This document shows, piece by piece, positions 1 through 9,929 of a DNA stretch of 64,000 nt. A model generated the notes under the pieces. It was not told where the DNA came from. It ran no database searches and saw only the letters and a list, made by a program, of their open reading frames with translations. This stretch comes from Desulfobacterales bacterium. Lineage in GTDB: Bacteria; Desulfobacterota; Desulfobacteria; Desulfobacterales; UBA5616. A program made the translations under genes and the position numbers. The DNA lies in NCBI GenBank assembly GCA_046483495.1, contig JAWODC010000009.1:54826-118825 (forward strand), in the 5' to 3' direction. Position 1 is the first letter of the stretch. The number at the start of each line of letters is the position of its first letter.

Positions 1-1
1 C

Positions 2-355
2 CCCAGAAACAAAATACCGGACATGGTGAGAAAGATTATCGCCTTAAAGAACAAAACCGGTCTGACCATCGCCAGCTACGGGCATGCCGGAGATGGTAAT
101 ATTCATGTGAACATCATGCTGGACAAGCGGGACGCAACTGCCCTGAAAAAGGCGGATGCCGCAATAGAAGAATTATTTGATTACACCCTGGCGGTCGGGG
201 GAAGCATTTCGGGCGAGCATGGTGTAGGGACGACGAAATCGGCGTTCATACACAAAGAAATCGGGCCCACGGAGCTGATGCTGATGAAACGCATTAAATC
301 CGTGTTCGATCCCAAGGGAATTTTAAATCCGGGGAAAATGTTTCAGGGGCAGTGA
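2..355 (+). CDS. FAD-linked oxidase C-terminal domain (GlcD/D-lactate dehydrogenase-like), 5' truncated by window
   Basis: GHAGDGNIH and GSISGEHGVG motifs, FDPKGILNPGK end; frame is open to the window edge. Confidence 0.85.
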   Translation, partial: PRNKIPDMVRKIIALKNKTGLTIASYGHAGDGNIHVNIMLDKRDATALKKADAAIEELFDYTLAVGGSISGEHGVGTTKSAFIHKEIGPTELMLMKRIKSVFDPKGILNPGKMFQGQ

Positions 356-460
356 CCGGTGAACGGATTGCATGGAAAAGTGAACCGAACCCAGTAGCTG
401 CACGCCATGCCCATCAAAAAAAGGTTGACATATACCCAAAAATCACTATGGTTACCCCAA

Positions 461-1237
461 ATGAATTTGGATCTGGTGAAAGATATCGGCATTGATGCCG
501 CCCGTAAAGGTGCTGATGTAACGCGTTCTTTTTTGGGAAAAACACGCATAGTGAAAAAGGGTGCTATCGATCTGGTTACCCAGGCGGATAAAGAGTCGGA
601 ACGAATAATTATCAACACGATCTTAAGCACGTTCCCCGATCATACCATTCTGGCGGAAGAAAGCGGCCGCCACGGCCATGAAGCGCCGTATCTCTGGATT
701 ATCGACCCTTTGGACGGTACAACGAATTTTGCACATGAAATACAGCATTATTCCGTTTCGATTGCATTTGCCGTAAATGGTGAGATTGCAGTCGGGATCG
801 TGCTCAATCCCACATCCGACGAACTTTTTACCGCCGTTTCCGGCCAGGGCGCACACCTCAATGGCCGGACCATAAGCGTGTCGAGCGTGCGCGATGTCGG
901 CAACAGCCTCCTGGTTACCGGCTTCCCCTATAATTTCAAAGCGATATTTTCCCAAGTCATCGGCCGGTTTTCGAACTGTCTGAAAGCGGCCCAGGGAATT
1001 CGCCGATTCGGTTCGGCGGCCCTGGATTTATGCGATATCGCCTGCGGACGGTTCGATGGTTTCTGGGAGCAGAATTTACATCCATGGGATACCGCAGCCG
1101 GGTGTTTGATTGCATCAGAAGCCGGGGCCCGCATCAGTGATTTTTCAAATAACCCGTTCGATATTTATGGAAACGAGATATTGGCCACCAACGGAAGCAT
1201 ACATCAAGAAATGATTTCGCTATTAAGGATCGAATAA
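461..1237 (+). CDS. suhB: Inositol monophosphatase family protein
   Basis: DLVTQAD, WIIDPLDGTTNF, GSAALDL and WDTAAG motifs; start moved to ATG 461 (track gives 407). Confidence 0.9.
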   Translation: MNLDLVKDIGIDAARKGADVTRSFLGKTRIVKKGAIDLVTQADKESERIIINTILSTFPDHTILAEESGRHGHEAPYLWIIDPLDGTTNFAHEIQHYSVSIAFAVNGEIAVGIVLNPTSDELFTAVSGQGAHLNGRTISVSSVRDVGNSLLVTGFPYNFKAIFSQVIGRFSNCLKAAQGIRRFGSAALDLCDIACGRFDGFWEQNLHPWDTAAGCLIASEAGARISDFSNNPFDIYGNEILATNGSIHQEMISLLRIE

Positions 1238-1240
1238 CCG

Positions 1241-1447
1241 ATGAATACTTTTCAGAAAGAATTGAACCACGGAATCTCCGCGGGAAACCACCTGGGGTGT
1301 TTCGGAAACTTCACGATGATTGACCCGATATGCAGAAAGCATTGTGCATTGAGACTCCGATGCGCGATCGAGTCGGATCACAAGGAGCAAATGGAAATAT
1401 TGGAAGATTTGGCCTCATTTAGTGAGCTTAACCTGAAGGGCCACTAA
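1241..1447 (+). CDS. Small Cys-rich hypothetical protein
   Basis: 68 aa, 3 nt after the suhB stop; CFG-x8-C-x3-C-x5-C. Confidence 0.6.
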   Translation: MNTFQKELNHGISAGNHLGCFGNFTMIDPICRKHCALRLRCAIESDHKEQMEILEDLASFSELNLKGH

Positions 1448-1643
1448 GCCGGAGAGGCTGACCCTCAACGATTAACGACGCGTAAGTCCCGAAGAGGAAG
1501 AGATCTTCTTCGGGTTGCGGCTGTTTTGATTTGCGCGATGGGATCGTTTCGATCGTCAGGACCCTTCACAATGTACCCAACGATCGAAGCGCGTAACGAG
1601 CTCTTCAACGTCCCTCATATACACCTATCTATCCCCCGCCTTT

Positions 1644-3293
1644 TTACTGTTCAAAACCCACTGCAAGCGCGGCTTCCCCAAGATAATCCTGAATTCTATC
1701 CACCAAAGGCTCGAGTGTGGATGCCTCGATTGCGGAAACGGGTACGCCGCCGATGCGTTCGCGGAGAAGTTCCACCGTGGATGAATCGACCAGGTCCATT
1801 TTGTTCAGCACGGGGATGATATGGATGTCGTTTAAATTCAAATCATCGAGAATGCAGTTTACTGAAGTCATTTGTTCTTTGAACCGGGGATTGCTGATAT
1901 CGATCACATGGAGCAGTAGGTCGGCGTTTTCAAGTTCTTCAAGGGTTGCACGAAACGCCACACGCAAATCTTCCGGAAGATCTTTGATGAATCCTACGGT
2001 ATCCGTGATGATGACTTCCAGGTCCCGCGGAAAGCGCAGCCGCCGACTCGACGGATCGAGCGTGGCGAAAAGACGATCTTCCGCCCGAATTCGGCTATCG
2101 GTCAAGGTGTTGAGAAGGGTTGACTTCCCGGCATTGGTGTATCCGATTATGGATATAATCGGCAGCTTCTTCTTTTTGCGCTTGGACCGCTGCATGCGCC
2201 GGTTCGACCGCACTTTTTCCAATGATTTTTCCAGATGGGTGATACGTTCGCGTGCCCGCCGGCGGTTGATTTCGAGTTTCGTTTCACCGGGCCCGCGTCC
2301 GCCGATGCCTCCAGTCAAGCGGGACATGGCGGTGTTTTTGGTCACCAGCCTGGGTAGCAGGTATTTCAATTGGGCCAGTTCCACCTGAAGTTTGCCCTCG
2401 CGGCTGCGGGCTTGCTGGGCGAATATGTCCAGGATCAGCTGGGTACGGTCGATCACTTTGATTTCGACCTGATCGGTAATGGAACGGATCTGCCCGGGGG
2501 ATAATTCCTGGTCGAAAATCAGCATGGACGCCCCTTTTTGAAGGGCGAGAATGGTCAATTCTTTTATTTTCCCGGAGCCCAGGACAAATTTTGGGTCAGC
2601 CTTGCGCCGGTGTTGAATGACGGAACCCACCACCTTGATGCCGGAGGATTTCGCCAATTCTTTCAATTCATCCATCGATGCCGCGGCTTCGGATTTCGGT
2701 GCTTCTGTGACACTGATCAGGAGGGCAAATTCCTTCCGCCTTCCACCCGGTTGAGCAGGGCGCGAAACGGCCAGTTCCGATTCCAGAGCACGGATGATGG
2801 CCATGCAGCCGATATTCAGGTCGGGTGTTCGAATGGGAGGAAGTACCTCGTAAGCGGTATTGTCGAAATTCGTCGGGATCACGTGGGCGATGTGCACCTT
2901 GTCGGGTTCACCGTTTGGGTTTACGGCGATGGCCGCCATCAGATCCAGGCGCAGCAAGGCAAGGTCGGTTAAGTCGTCCCGGCTCAATGCACCGTGGTCC
3001 GGATGCGTATGCACACATCGGAGTCCGGAAAGGCGGCCCGGTGCGCTTCGGTACTCGGGGGTTTCCGGAATAAAAATGTCGTAGTAGCTGCCGATGATAA
3101 CGTATTCGATTTTGCCGCGCCGATTGATGAGAAGCCCTACCTGCCGGTGAATTTCATGGGACAGAAGCGATATTTCTCGTGCTACTTCGGGTGTTACCGG
3201 GTACTCTGGAGGAATTCGTCGCCGGTAGAGGTTTTCCAATCGTTTTATTTGGCTTTTTTTAAGCCCTTTACGTGTTCCAAAAGGCTTTTTCAT
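1644..3293 (-). CDS. hflX: GTPase HflX, long form with N-terminal extension
   Basis: GGRGPGETKLE, GYTNAGKST, FATLD, DTVGF and NKMD motifs; ATG 3293 preceded by TAAGGA. Confidence 0.93.
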   Translation of the reverse strand: MKKPFGTRKGLKKSQIKRLENLYRRRIPPEYPVTPEVAREISLLSHEIHRQVGLLINRRGKIEYVIIGSYYDIFIPETPEYRSAPGRLSGLRCVHTHPDHGALSRDDLTDLALLRLDLMAAIAVNPNGEPDKVHIAHVIPTNFDNTAYEVLPPIRTPDLNIGCMAIIRALESELAVSRPAQPGGRRKEFALLISVTEAPKSEAAASMDELKELAKSSGIKVVGSVIQHRRKADPKFVLGSGKIKELTILALQKGASMLIFDQELSPGQIRSITDQVEIKVIDRTQLILDIFAQQARSREGKLQVELAQLKYLLPRLVTKNTAMSRLTGGIGGRGPGETKLEINRRRARERITHLEKSLEKVRSNRRMQRSKRKKKKLPIISIIGYTNAGKSTLLNTLTDSRIRAEDRLFATLDPSSRRLRFPRDLEVIITDTVGFIKDLPEDLRVAFRATLEELENADLLLHVIDISNPRFKEQMTSVNCILDDLNLNDIHIIPVLNKMDLVDSSTVELLRERIGGVPVSAIEASTLEPLVDRIQDYLGEAALAVGFEQ

Positions 3294-3324
3294 ATCCTTA
3301 ACATAAGCATGATGAATACCAAAA

Positions 3325-4698
3325 TCAAGATATGATATCGCCGGATGAGAAATTTTCAAAGCGGGTATAGGCATTTAAAAAGGCGAGGGTCACGGATCCG
3401 GTAGGGCCGTTTCGCTGTTTTGAAAGAATGATTTCCGCGGTTCCTTTATGGGGATTGGTTTCTTCGGTATTGTAAACTTCGTCTCGATAGATGAATGCCA
3501 CAAGATCGGCATCCTGCTCGAGTGCCCCGGATTCTCTTAAGTCTGAAAGTTTGGGGCGCTTATCGTTTCTTTGTTCGAGCATGCGATTAAGCTGGGACAA
3601 GGCAATTACCGGCACGTTGAGCTCCTTGGCAAGAGCCTTCAACGAGCGTGAAATGTCCGATATTTCGAGATCTCGCCGCTCCAGGGTTCGGCTTGAGCGC
3701 ATCAACTGCAGGTAATCGATAATAATCATTCCGATATCCTGATCCATTTTCAAGCGCCTGGCCTTGGCCCGAATTTCCGTAGCGGAAATAACGGGAGAGT
3801 CGTCGATAAAAATCGGTGACTCCGACAAAATGCCGGCGGCCTCGGTAATATTCTCCCAATCCTCCATGCTGAAAAATCCGCTTCGCAGGCGCGATGAATC
3901 CACACGCGCATCCGAGCAAAGCATGCGAAGGGACAGCTGTTCCTTCGCCATTTCAAGCGAAAAAACAGCTGTGGGCGTATGATTCGAAACGGCGGCGTTT
4001 CTGGCGATGTTCAAGGCCAGCGCAGTTTTACCCATACTCGGACGTGCTGCAATGATAATCAGGTCGGCCTTCTGAAATCCGGAAGTGAGCCTATCAAGAT
4101 CCTTGAACCCGGATGGAATGCCCGTTATCAGTGATTTTTTTTCTTGTTTTTCTTCCAGCTCGACAATGTTTGATTCGATAATGCCGCTGATGGGATAAAA
4201 GGATTGGCGGGTCTTGTTTTCCGAAACGTCAAAAATGGACCTTTCCGCAAATTCCACGATTTCTTCCAGCTCGAGGCTGTCTTCAAAACAGCGGCGGGCG
4301 ATTTCATTGGATTTCTCGATCAGCTTTCTCAAGCAGGATTTTTCGTAAATAATTTTCGCGTAATGCGGGGCATTGACGGCAAGCGGCACCGAATCAATAA
4401 GGCCTGCAAGATAGGTCGCCCCGCCGATTTCTTCGAGCTGGTCCTTCGATTTAAGATAGCCGGTCAGGGTGATTAAATCGATGGGTTCGTCCTTTTCAAA
4501 AAGGGCGAGCATGGATTTGAAAATTTTTTTATGGGCGCTTCGGTAGAAATCGTCTGCTGAGACCAATTCGATAATCTCGAGAAGCGTCCCATTATCGAAG
4601 AGAATGGCGCTGAGAAGTGATGCTTCCGCTTCCACGTTCTGGGGTGGGAGCATTACGGGGGTCTGGTTTTGTTTCGAGTGCGTGCGTAATTGATTCAT
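3325..4698 (-). CDS. dnaB: Replicative DNA helicase DnaB
   Basis: ARPSMGKT, IDYLQL, LSQLNR, SDLRESGALEQDAD and KQRNG motifs; start estimated at 4698. Confidence 0.96.
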   Translation of the reverse strand: MNQLRTHSKQNQTPVMLPPQNVEAEASLLSAILFDNGTLLEIIELVSADDFYRSAHKKIFKSMLALFEKDEPIDLITLTGYLKSKDQLEEIGGATYLAGLIDSVPLAVNAPHYAKIIYEKSCLRKLIEKSNEIARRCFEDSLELEEIVEFAERSIFDVSENKTRQSFYPISGIIESNIVELEEKQEKKSLITGIPSGFKDLDRLTSGFQKADLIIIAARPSMGKTALALNIARNAAVSNHTPTAVFSLEMAKEQLSLRMLCSDARVDSSRLRSGFFSMEDWENITEAAGILSESPIFIDDSPVISATEIRAKARRLKMDQDIGMIIIDYLQLMRSSRTLERRDLEISDISRSLKALAKELNVPVIALSQLNRMLEQRNDKRPKLSDLRESGALEQDADLVAFIYRDEVYNTEETNPHKGTAEIILSKQRNGPTGSVTLAFLNAYTRFENFSSGDIIS

Positions 4699-4932
4699 GT
4701 TTATACCAAAATATTCCTGCAAAGGGGAGGGTGAACTGTATGAAAACAGGCGTTTCTCTACACTGTCAAGCGGTGTATTGCCGGGTGCGGATAATGGGTC
4801 AACACCACTCGTCCAATGCTGCTGTGTCGGAGCGGGAGGTCCGGCGGGCTTTACATATGTTCCCATATGCCGGTTTAAACGCCGGAACCAACCCTGCCGG
4901 CAAATTCGTGATGACGTTGTGTCCGGTATACG

Positions 4933-5379
4933 TCAGGCTTCCGGAACAACTTCCACGGTGATACAGGGTTCTACATCCCTGTAAACACGGATGGGAACCT
5001 CAAATGTTCCCACCGTTTTGATGGGGTCCTTGAGCAGGACCATCCGTCTGTGCACCTCCACATTCTGTTTGGAAAGTGCATTGACAATGTCCTTTACGGT
5101 AACGGATCCGTAAAGTTTGTCCGCTTCGACCACCTTTGCCGGTATCGTAACGGACACCCCTTGGAGCCTTTCAGCCATTTCGGTGGCAATTTTTCGCTCC
5201 TTGGCGATTTGAAGGTCGAATTTGGATTTTTGCTGGTCTATGATTTTTCGATTTTGAGGGGTGTCCATGACCGCTTTATTCTGGGGAAGCAGGTAATTGC
5301 GCGCGTAACCATCGGCAACATTTACGGTGCTCCCGATAATTCCTAAGGATTCAATGGTTTCTTTTAATATAATTTTCAC
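4933..5379 (-). CDS. rplI: 50S ribosomal protein L9
   Basis: VADGYARNYLLP and KLYGSV motifs; GTG 5379 after GGAGG. Confidence 0.96.
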   Translation of the reverse strand: MKIILKETIESLGIIGSTVNVADGYARNYLLPQNKAVMDTPQNRKIIDQQKSKFDLQIAKERKIATEMAERLQGVSVTIPAKVVEADKLYGSVTVKDIVNALSKQNVEVHRRMVLLKDPIKTVGTFEVPIRVYRDVEPCITVEVVPEA

Positions 5380-5458
5380 TTTTTTCCTCCAAAAGGGTGA
5401 TGCGGGTTGTTCAGCATCGCCCGGGGTGGTCAAATTAATGCAATTGGTTCTGACCGAC

Positions 5459-6391
5459 TCAGTCCACGGTTTCGACCGCCTTTAATTTGCGGACATCCAG
5501 CCAGGCGTCGAAAAAGCCTATCCCTGCGATAAAAAGCAGGAATATCTGCTGAAAGACAATCAGGAGGTATAAAACCGTTTTTAACATCACCGGCAGCTTC
5601 TTTTTTTCAAAGAAAAAGGAAACGATGGCGATGCCATGTAAAAAATAGATCACGAACAAAACCAGCAATGCGTTCATTCCGAAAAGTGTAATCCGACTAT
5701 CCGGAATCACCAGCATGATTCCTGCCGCGACAACCACCCATATCAGCATTTCGGGCGATTTCCATCGGTTAAACGGCCCAAAATCCGGAAATCGCATCCC
5801 CTTCATCGCATACAACGATTTTGCTGCAAGCACATTCACCCACGAGATAAACAAGGTGCCGGCCATCACGATGCCGGGCACGATGCGAACAAGCACGTAC
5901 TGAATACGCGGCATGGACCGTTCAAGCATTTGAACGGTTTCTTCAGGGATGCCCATTTCCTTATAAAGCATCAGTGTGTGATTCAGATTGGCCGCAACAA
6001 AATCAGATAATCGGACTGCCACATTCACGTCGGAAACGAGATTGTAAAAGAACACCAGTATCGATGATGCGACCCACACCGCGAGGTTCGGGTAAAAAAC
6101 ACATTTTTCCAGGGGAGCCGACATTTCAAGCCATTCGCCCAACCCGAAACCGAGAATGAACAGCGCGGTTAGAAATAGGACATCAAACGTGATGCCGCCG
6201 GTTATCAGCATCATAACGATAATGACGCTGACCGGAATTACAGCGGCATCCTTACGTCCGAGCCTTGTCCGATAAAACATGATCGGCAAAGGGATCAATA
6301 CGACAAAGAAGAAACCGATGATCGGAACGGCAAACGATATCGCGATAATAATAATCGTCAGGGCAATGCCCGTTGTTATATCCTTTGTCAT
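5459..6391 (-). CDS. DUF2232/YybS family membrane protein
   Basis: Multi-TM protein ending GFFDAWLDVRK; usual position between rpsR and rplI. Confidence 0.8.
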   Translation of the reverse strand: MTKDITTGIALTIIIIAISFAVPIIGFFFVVLIPLPIMFYRTRLGRKDAAVIPVSVIIVMMLITGGITFDVLFLTALFILGFGLGEWLEMSAPLEKCVFYPNLAVWVASSILVFFYNLVSDVNVAVRLSDFVAANLNHTLMLYKEMGIPEETVQMLERSMPRIQYVLVRIVPGIVMAGTLFISWVNVLAAKSLYAMKGMRFPDFGPFNRWKSPEMLIWVVVAAGIMLVIPDSRITLFGMNALLVLFVIYFLHGIAIVSFFFEKKKLPVMLKTVLYLLIVFQQIFLLFIAGIGFFDAWLDVRKLKAVETVD

Positions 6392-6467
6392 AATCCGTCG
6401 GCAGGTTTGCCTGAAAAGGCGTTAAACACTGCTTCGTTCATTCCGGACCTTCGTGCCATATGGCCGG

Positions 6468-6737
6468 CTAGGTATCAAGTGTGCCGACATACGGGAGCAG
6501 TGCAATCGTTCTGGCCCGCTTTATCGCATGCGTAAGAGCCCTTTGATGTCTTGCGCAGGTTCCTGAAATGCGCCGGGGTATAATTTTCCCTCTTTCCGTG
6601 ATGAAGTACTTCAAGAGCTTCTGGTCTTTATAGTCAATCACGAGGCTGCTGTCTGCACAGAATCGGCACACTTTTCGCCTATGGTAGATGCGTTTTCTGG
6701 CCGGTTTCGCCCTTCGAGGTCTGGCATTATCATTCAT
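6468..6737 (-). CDS. rpsR: 30S ribosomal protein S18
   Basis: [22 protein letters not shown] and AIKRAR motifs; GGAGG RBS before ATG 6737. Confidence 0.97.
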   Translation of the reverse strand: MNDNARPRRAKPARKRIYHRRKVCRFCADSSLVIDYKDQKLLKYFITERGKIIPRRISGTCARHQRALTHAIKRARTIALLPYVGTLDT

Positions 6738-7221
6738 TGGGCACCTCCTCACCTGCAGCGCTCATCCGCTCATCCGTTTGGGACGCCTCGGATGCTGTCG
6801 ACGGAGCCTCTGAAGCGGGTTCCGTTTTCTGGGCTTCAGCTTCAGCCTCGGCCTGATCAGTCGCTTCGGCACTCGATGCGGCTGCTTTTTCCCCGGCTTC
6901 GTCGATTTCCTTTTGAATCTCTGCCGGATCTGCTTTTTCGTCGATCAAGACGGTCATGTACTTCAGAATGCGATCATCGATTCTGCAGAATCGTTCTATC
7001 TCATCCACGAGCGAACCGCTGCCGCAGTAATCGAACCGGACATAATATCCCCGTGTTCTTTTTTTGATTTCATAGGCAAGTCTTCGCGAACCCCATTCAT
7101 CCACGAGAACCGTCATTCCGTTCTTATCCGAAATCAACCCGGTGACTCGGTCAAACACCGGCTTACGGCTCTCTTCGGATAGTTCCGAGTCCATGATCAT
7201 AATCGTTTCGTATCTTCTCAT
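6730..7221 (-). CDS. rpsF: 30S ribosomal protein S6 with acidic tail
   Basis: MRRYET start and [12 protein letters not shown] motif. Confidence 0.96.
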   Translation of the reverse strand: MRRYETIMIMDSELSEESRKPVFDRVTGLISDKNGMTVLVDEWGSRRLAYEIKKRTRGYYVRFDYCGSGSLVDEIERFCRIDDRILKYMTVLIDEKADPAEIQKEIDEAGEKAAASSAEATDQAEAEAEAQKTEPASEAPSTASEASQTDERMSAAGEEVPNE

Positions 7222-7270
7222 TAAACCTCCTTATGGCTGTAAATCCCCGGCTGTATGCCGGAGCAAGGAA
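7222..7270 (-). promoter_or_regulatory. Candidate S6:S18 ribosomal protein leader
   Basis: TTCCTTGCT, hairpin CTCCGGC/GCCGGGG, then AAGGAGG; the 5' CCTT can pair with the RBS. Confidence 0.5.
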
Positions 7271-7435
7271 TAGGGGCGCCCGCCCCTCGACCACGCTTCA
7301 TCAACACGAAAATTTATTCTTTTAACACCAGATAAAATCGCCTGTCAAGGCACATTTTCGAACGGAAAAACCGGCGGTCAGCGGAAAAAATGAAACGTCA
7401 AACGTCGTGATGATGGCCGTCACCCATAACATGAA

Positions 7436-7720
7436 TCATTCCACGCAGATGATATCTTTATTGGCCTCGTAAGTCCTCAGGCCGATGCCTTTCACTTTCA
7501 TGATCTCCTGGGGTTCAGTAAAGGGACCCACGTTTTCCCGGTAGTCGATGATCCGCTGTGCGTATCGCGGACCGATACGATTCAGGGTGGTCAATTCCTC
7601 CAAGCCGGCTGTATTGATATTGATTTTGACCGCCGTTTCTTCGGATACGGCCGGATACGGAAACAGCATCACAATCATCAAAATCGCCAGCAGCGGTGTC
7701 ATTGAGGCAATTCGTTTCAT
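7436..7720 (-). CDS. ComEA-family helix-hairpin-helix protein with signal peptide
   Basis: ININTA..EEL..L..IG...AQRIIDYR..GPF...VKGIG pattern. Confidence 0.88.
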   Translation of the reverse strand: MKRIASMTPLLAILMIVMLFPYPAVSEETAVKININTAGLEELTTLNRIGPRYAQRIIDYRENVGPFTEPQEIMKVKGIGLRTYEANKDIICVE

Positions 7721-7894
7721 TGTAAACCTCCTTTTGTAAGTGGCGGTAAGTTGTTTATGAGTGACAGGCCATTAGCGGTTATAATAGAATTTATAAAATA
7801 AAAGTCAACTACAAAATACGTAAAAATTACATCAGAAAACGACATATAGTTATAAAAAATATAAAATACAATAGATTATAGAAAAAGCAACATA

Positions 7895-7967
7895 CCATCG
7901 AAATCGGGATCGGTATCGGTATCGAAATTAAAAAAGAAAAAAACGATCCCGATTTCGATTTCGATGG
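7895..7967. repeat. Imperfect palindrome of ATCGRN hexamer units
   Basis: CCATCGAAATCGGGATCG ... CGATCCCGATTTCGATTTCGATGG. Confidence 0.75.
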
Positions 7968-8081
7968 GAAGGAACGTGCGACAGGTGGCGCGCAGAGGAA
8001 TCCGTCAAGCGGGAGAAAAAATCGGTAAAGTGAGAATGGTATGAAAGCGTGGACCGGTTATGGGTGTCGATGTTGCCCGGA

Positions 8082-8972
8082 TTACTGCAGGGACAACAGG
8101 TGTGATCTCAAGTTGGCCTTTTTGTTGCCGATTCCGATTTTCGTGCGTATTTTTTTTCGGTGGGTTTCGATGGTCCTGCCGGACAGATTCATCAACTCCG
8201 CAATTTGTTTTGTCGTTTTCCCCTGCTTGATGAGATTGGCGACCTGGATTTCCATGGGTGTGAGCTTCATGAATTTCAAGGACATATCCCTGACAAAAGG
8301 AGAAATGATATCGTCGATATTCAACTCGATGACATTTACCAAAGCATACTGAAGTGCGCTGAGTTCCGTTTCCTTTAATTTTGCGATATAGGGCTTGATC
8401 AATTCCTTGACATTGTAAATCATTTTTTCTTCCGTCTCCACCCGATCCTCGTCCCTTTTCTTCAACAATACCCTCAGCGCCGTGTTGGACTCTTCCAGCA
8501 TCATTTTTTTCATTTCGAGGTTTTCGTTGGATTTGGACAATTCGCTGATCTGCGCCGACTGCTTGGTGACATCACGCGCAATGCCGCCGATCATCTTGAT
8601 CTCACCCTGCTGAGATAATGGAAATTTAATGACGTGGTAAATTCTTTTTTGGCCGGCTTTTTCTTCCATGGTTTTTAACTTATCGATGACATCGCCGGAC
8701 AGAACTTTTTTGTGCTCTTCGATTATGTTTTCGGCTGTTCTTTTCGGTACGGTTTTATGGGCAGGCTTCCCTAAATGACCGTTTTTTTCTAATTTCCCGT
8801 ACATTACCTGATTCATGTAGATGAAATGATTTTTTTCATCCAGTATGTAGGCCTCGCAGTCGAGTTGGTCCAAAAACGCCGAGAAACGGCTTTCCACCTC
8901 CTTAAGATGGTTCACCTGGTTTTGCAACTCGGCGATCTCTATTTCAAGTTCCCTGTTAGATGAATTCGCCAT
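8082..8972 (-). CDS. PAS-domain LuxR-family transcriptional regulator
   Basis: PAS/PAC (KFPL...IGGIARDVT), coiled coil, then LTPMEIQVA...TIETHRKKIRTK HTH. Confidence 0.85.
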   Translation of the reverse strand: MANSSNRELEIEIAELQNQVNHLKEVESRFSAFLDQLDCEAYILDEKNHFIYMNQVMYGKLEKNGHLGKPAHKTVPKRTAENIIEEHKKVLSGDVIDKLKTMEEKAGQKRIYHVIKFPLSQQGEIKMIGGIARDVTKQSAQISELSKSNENLEMKKMMLEESNTALRVLLKKRDEDRVETEEKMIYNVKELIKPYIAKLKETELSALQYALVNVIELNIDDIISPFVRDMSLKFMKLTPMEIQVANLIKQGKTTKQIAELMNLSGRTIETHRKKIRTKIGIGNKKANLRSHLLSLQ

Positions 8973-9024
8973 GTGTTTTTCTCCAACAAGAATTTTGGTT
9001 AATTTTAGGTCCGACCCATAAGCC

Positions 9025-9076
9025 TTGCATTTTCACCCACACAACGATATATAAATCATTATCAAACATTTGTCAA
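9025..9076. promoter_or_regulatory. Putative overlapping bidirectional sigma-70 promoter
   Basis: + strand TTGCAT-17-TATATA and - strand TTGACA-17-TATATA share the -10 at 9048-9053. Confidence 0.45.
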
Positions 9077-9215
9077 AACAACCCTGCGGTATTTTTTATA
9101 AATTTATAATGTTAAACGAAATGACGGTGACAAAAAAAGATGGTCCGCGGATTCGGAACGCGATTTTTCGGATTCGAATCAGCGCCCGGCATAACAAAAG
9201 AAATTACGTTTCATC

Positions 9216-9929
9216 ATGACCGGATTAAAAGGAAATTTCTGTTTGTCCTGCGGAAAAGAAGAAGGAATGGGGCGGCGAAAATACTGTTCGTCGGAATGCC
9301 GACAGCGGCTGCAGTTTCAGTTGAATATTCGAACGGGATTACTCAAAGCGTTGAACACGCGTTATGCGACGTTTTACTTCAGCCGGTCCCGGATAATCAT
9401 GGATGTGCTTCCGAATCACTCGAGATTGTTGTTCAGCTTCATGCTGCCGCGAACACCGGGGATGAAACCGGCTGATGATTATGTCCGCCTGTCCAATTAT
9501 TTAGGGGATATATGGTGGAAGGAAAAAAAAAGAACCGAAAAACGGTATCTGGCCAGTCGCCACGTGCTGAATTGTGCCCAGAAAGAGCCTGTTTGCACCG
9601 GAAGCATCGACCCGTTGGAAATGATCATTCCGGTCGTGAACGGCAAAAATCTGGCCTGTCTGGATCTGAAAAAATCGGCCCTGACCTCGGATAGGGCTAT
9701 GGAGCACATAAAATCCGCGTACCGGCGCCAGGCAAAACGCCACCACCCCGATTGTGGAGGGGAGGCAAAACACTTCAGAAAAATACATGACGCTTATCTG
9801 CAGCTGTTGGAGTGGTCTGAGAACCCGACATTCCGAAGATGCCGGGGATTCAGCGATAAGTGGTTTTATGACGGCATTCAAAACCGATGGATGCGGCCGT
9901 CCCCGTTTGGGGTATTGGAGAAATCGTAA
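9216..9929 (+). CDS. J-domain protein with N-terminal Cys4 zinc finger
   Basis: CLSC-x11-CSSEC; KSAYRRQAKRHHPDCGG J-domain with HPD. Confidence 0.75.
   Translation: MTGLKGNFCLSCGKEEGMGRRKYCSSECRQRLQFQLNIRTGLLKALNTRYATFYFSRSRIIMDVLPNHSRLLFSFMLPRTPGMKPADDYVRLSNYLGDIWWKEKKRTEKRYLASRHVLNCAQKEPVCTGSIDPLEMIIPVVNGKNLACLDLKKSALTSDRAMEHIKSAYRRQAKRHHPDCGGEAKHFRKIHDAYLQLLEWSENPTFRRCRGFSDKWFYDGIQNRWMRPSPFGVLEKS

Noticed and set aside
1530..1565. Hammerhead-like CTGACGA...GAAAC on the - strand
   Set aside because: No room for stem II and no NUH cleavage triplet after stem III
3325..4698. Intein in DnaB
   Set aside because: Normal length with contiguous helicase motifs
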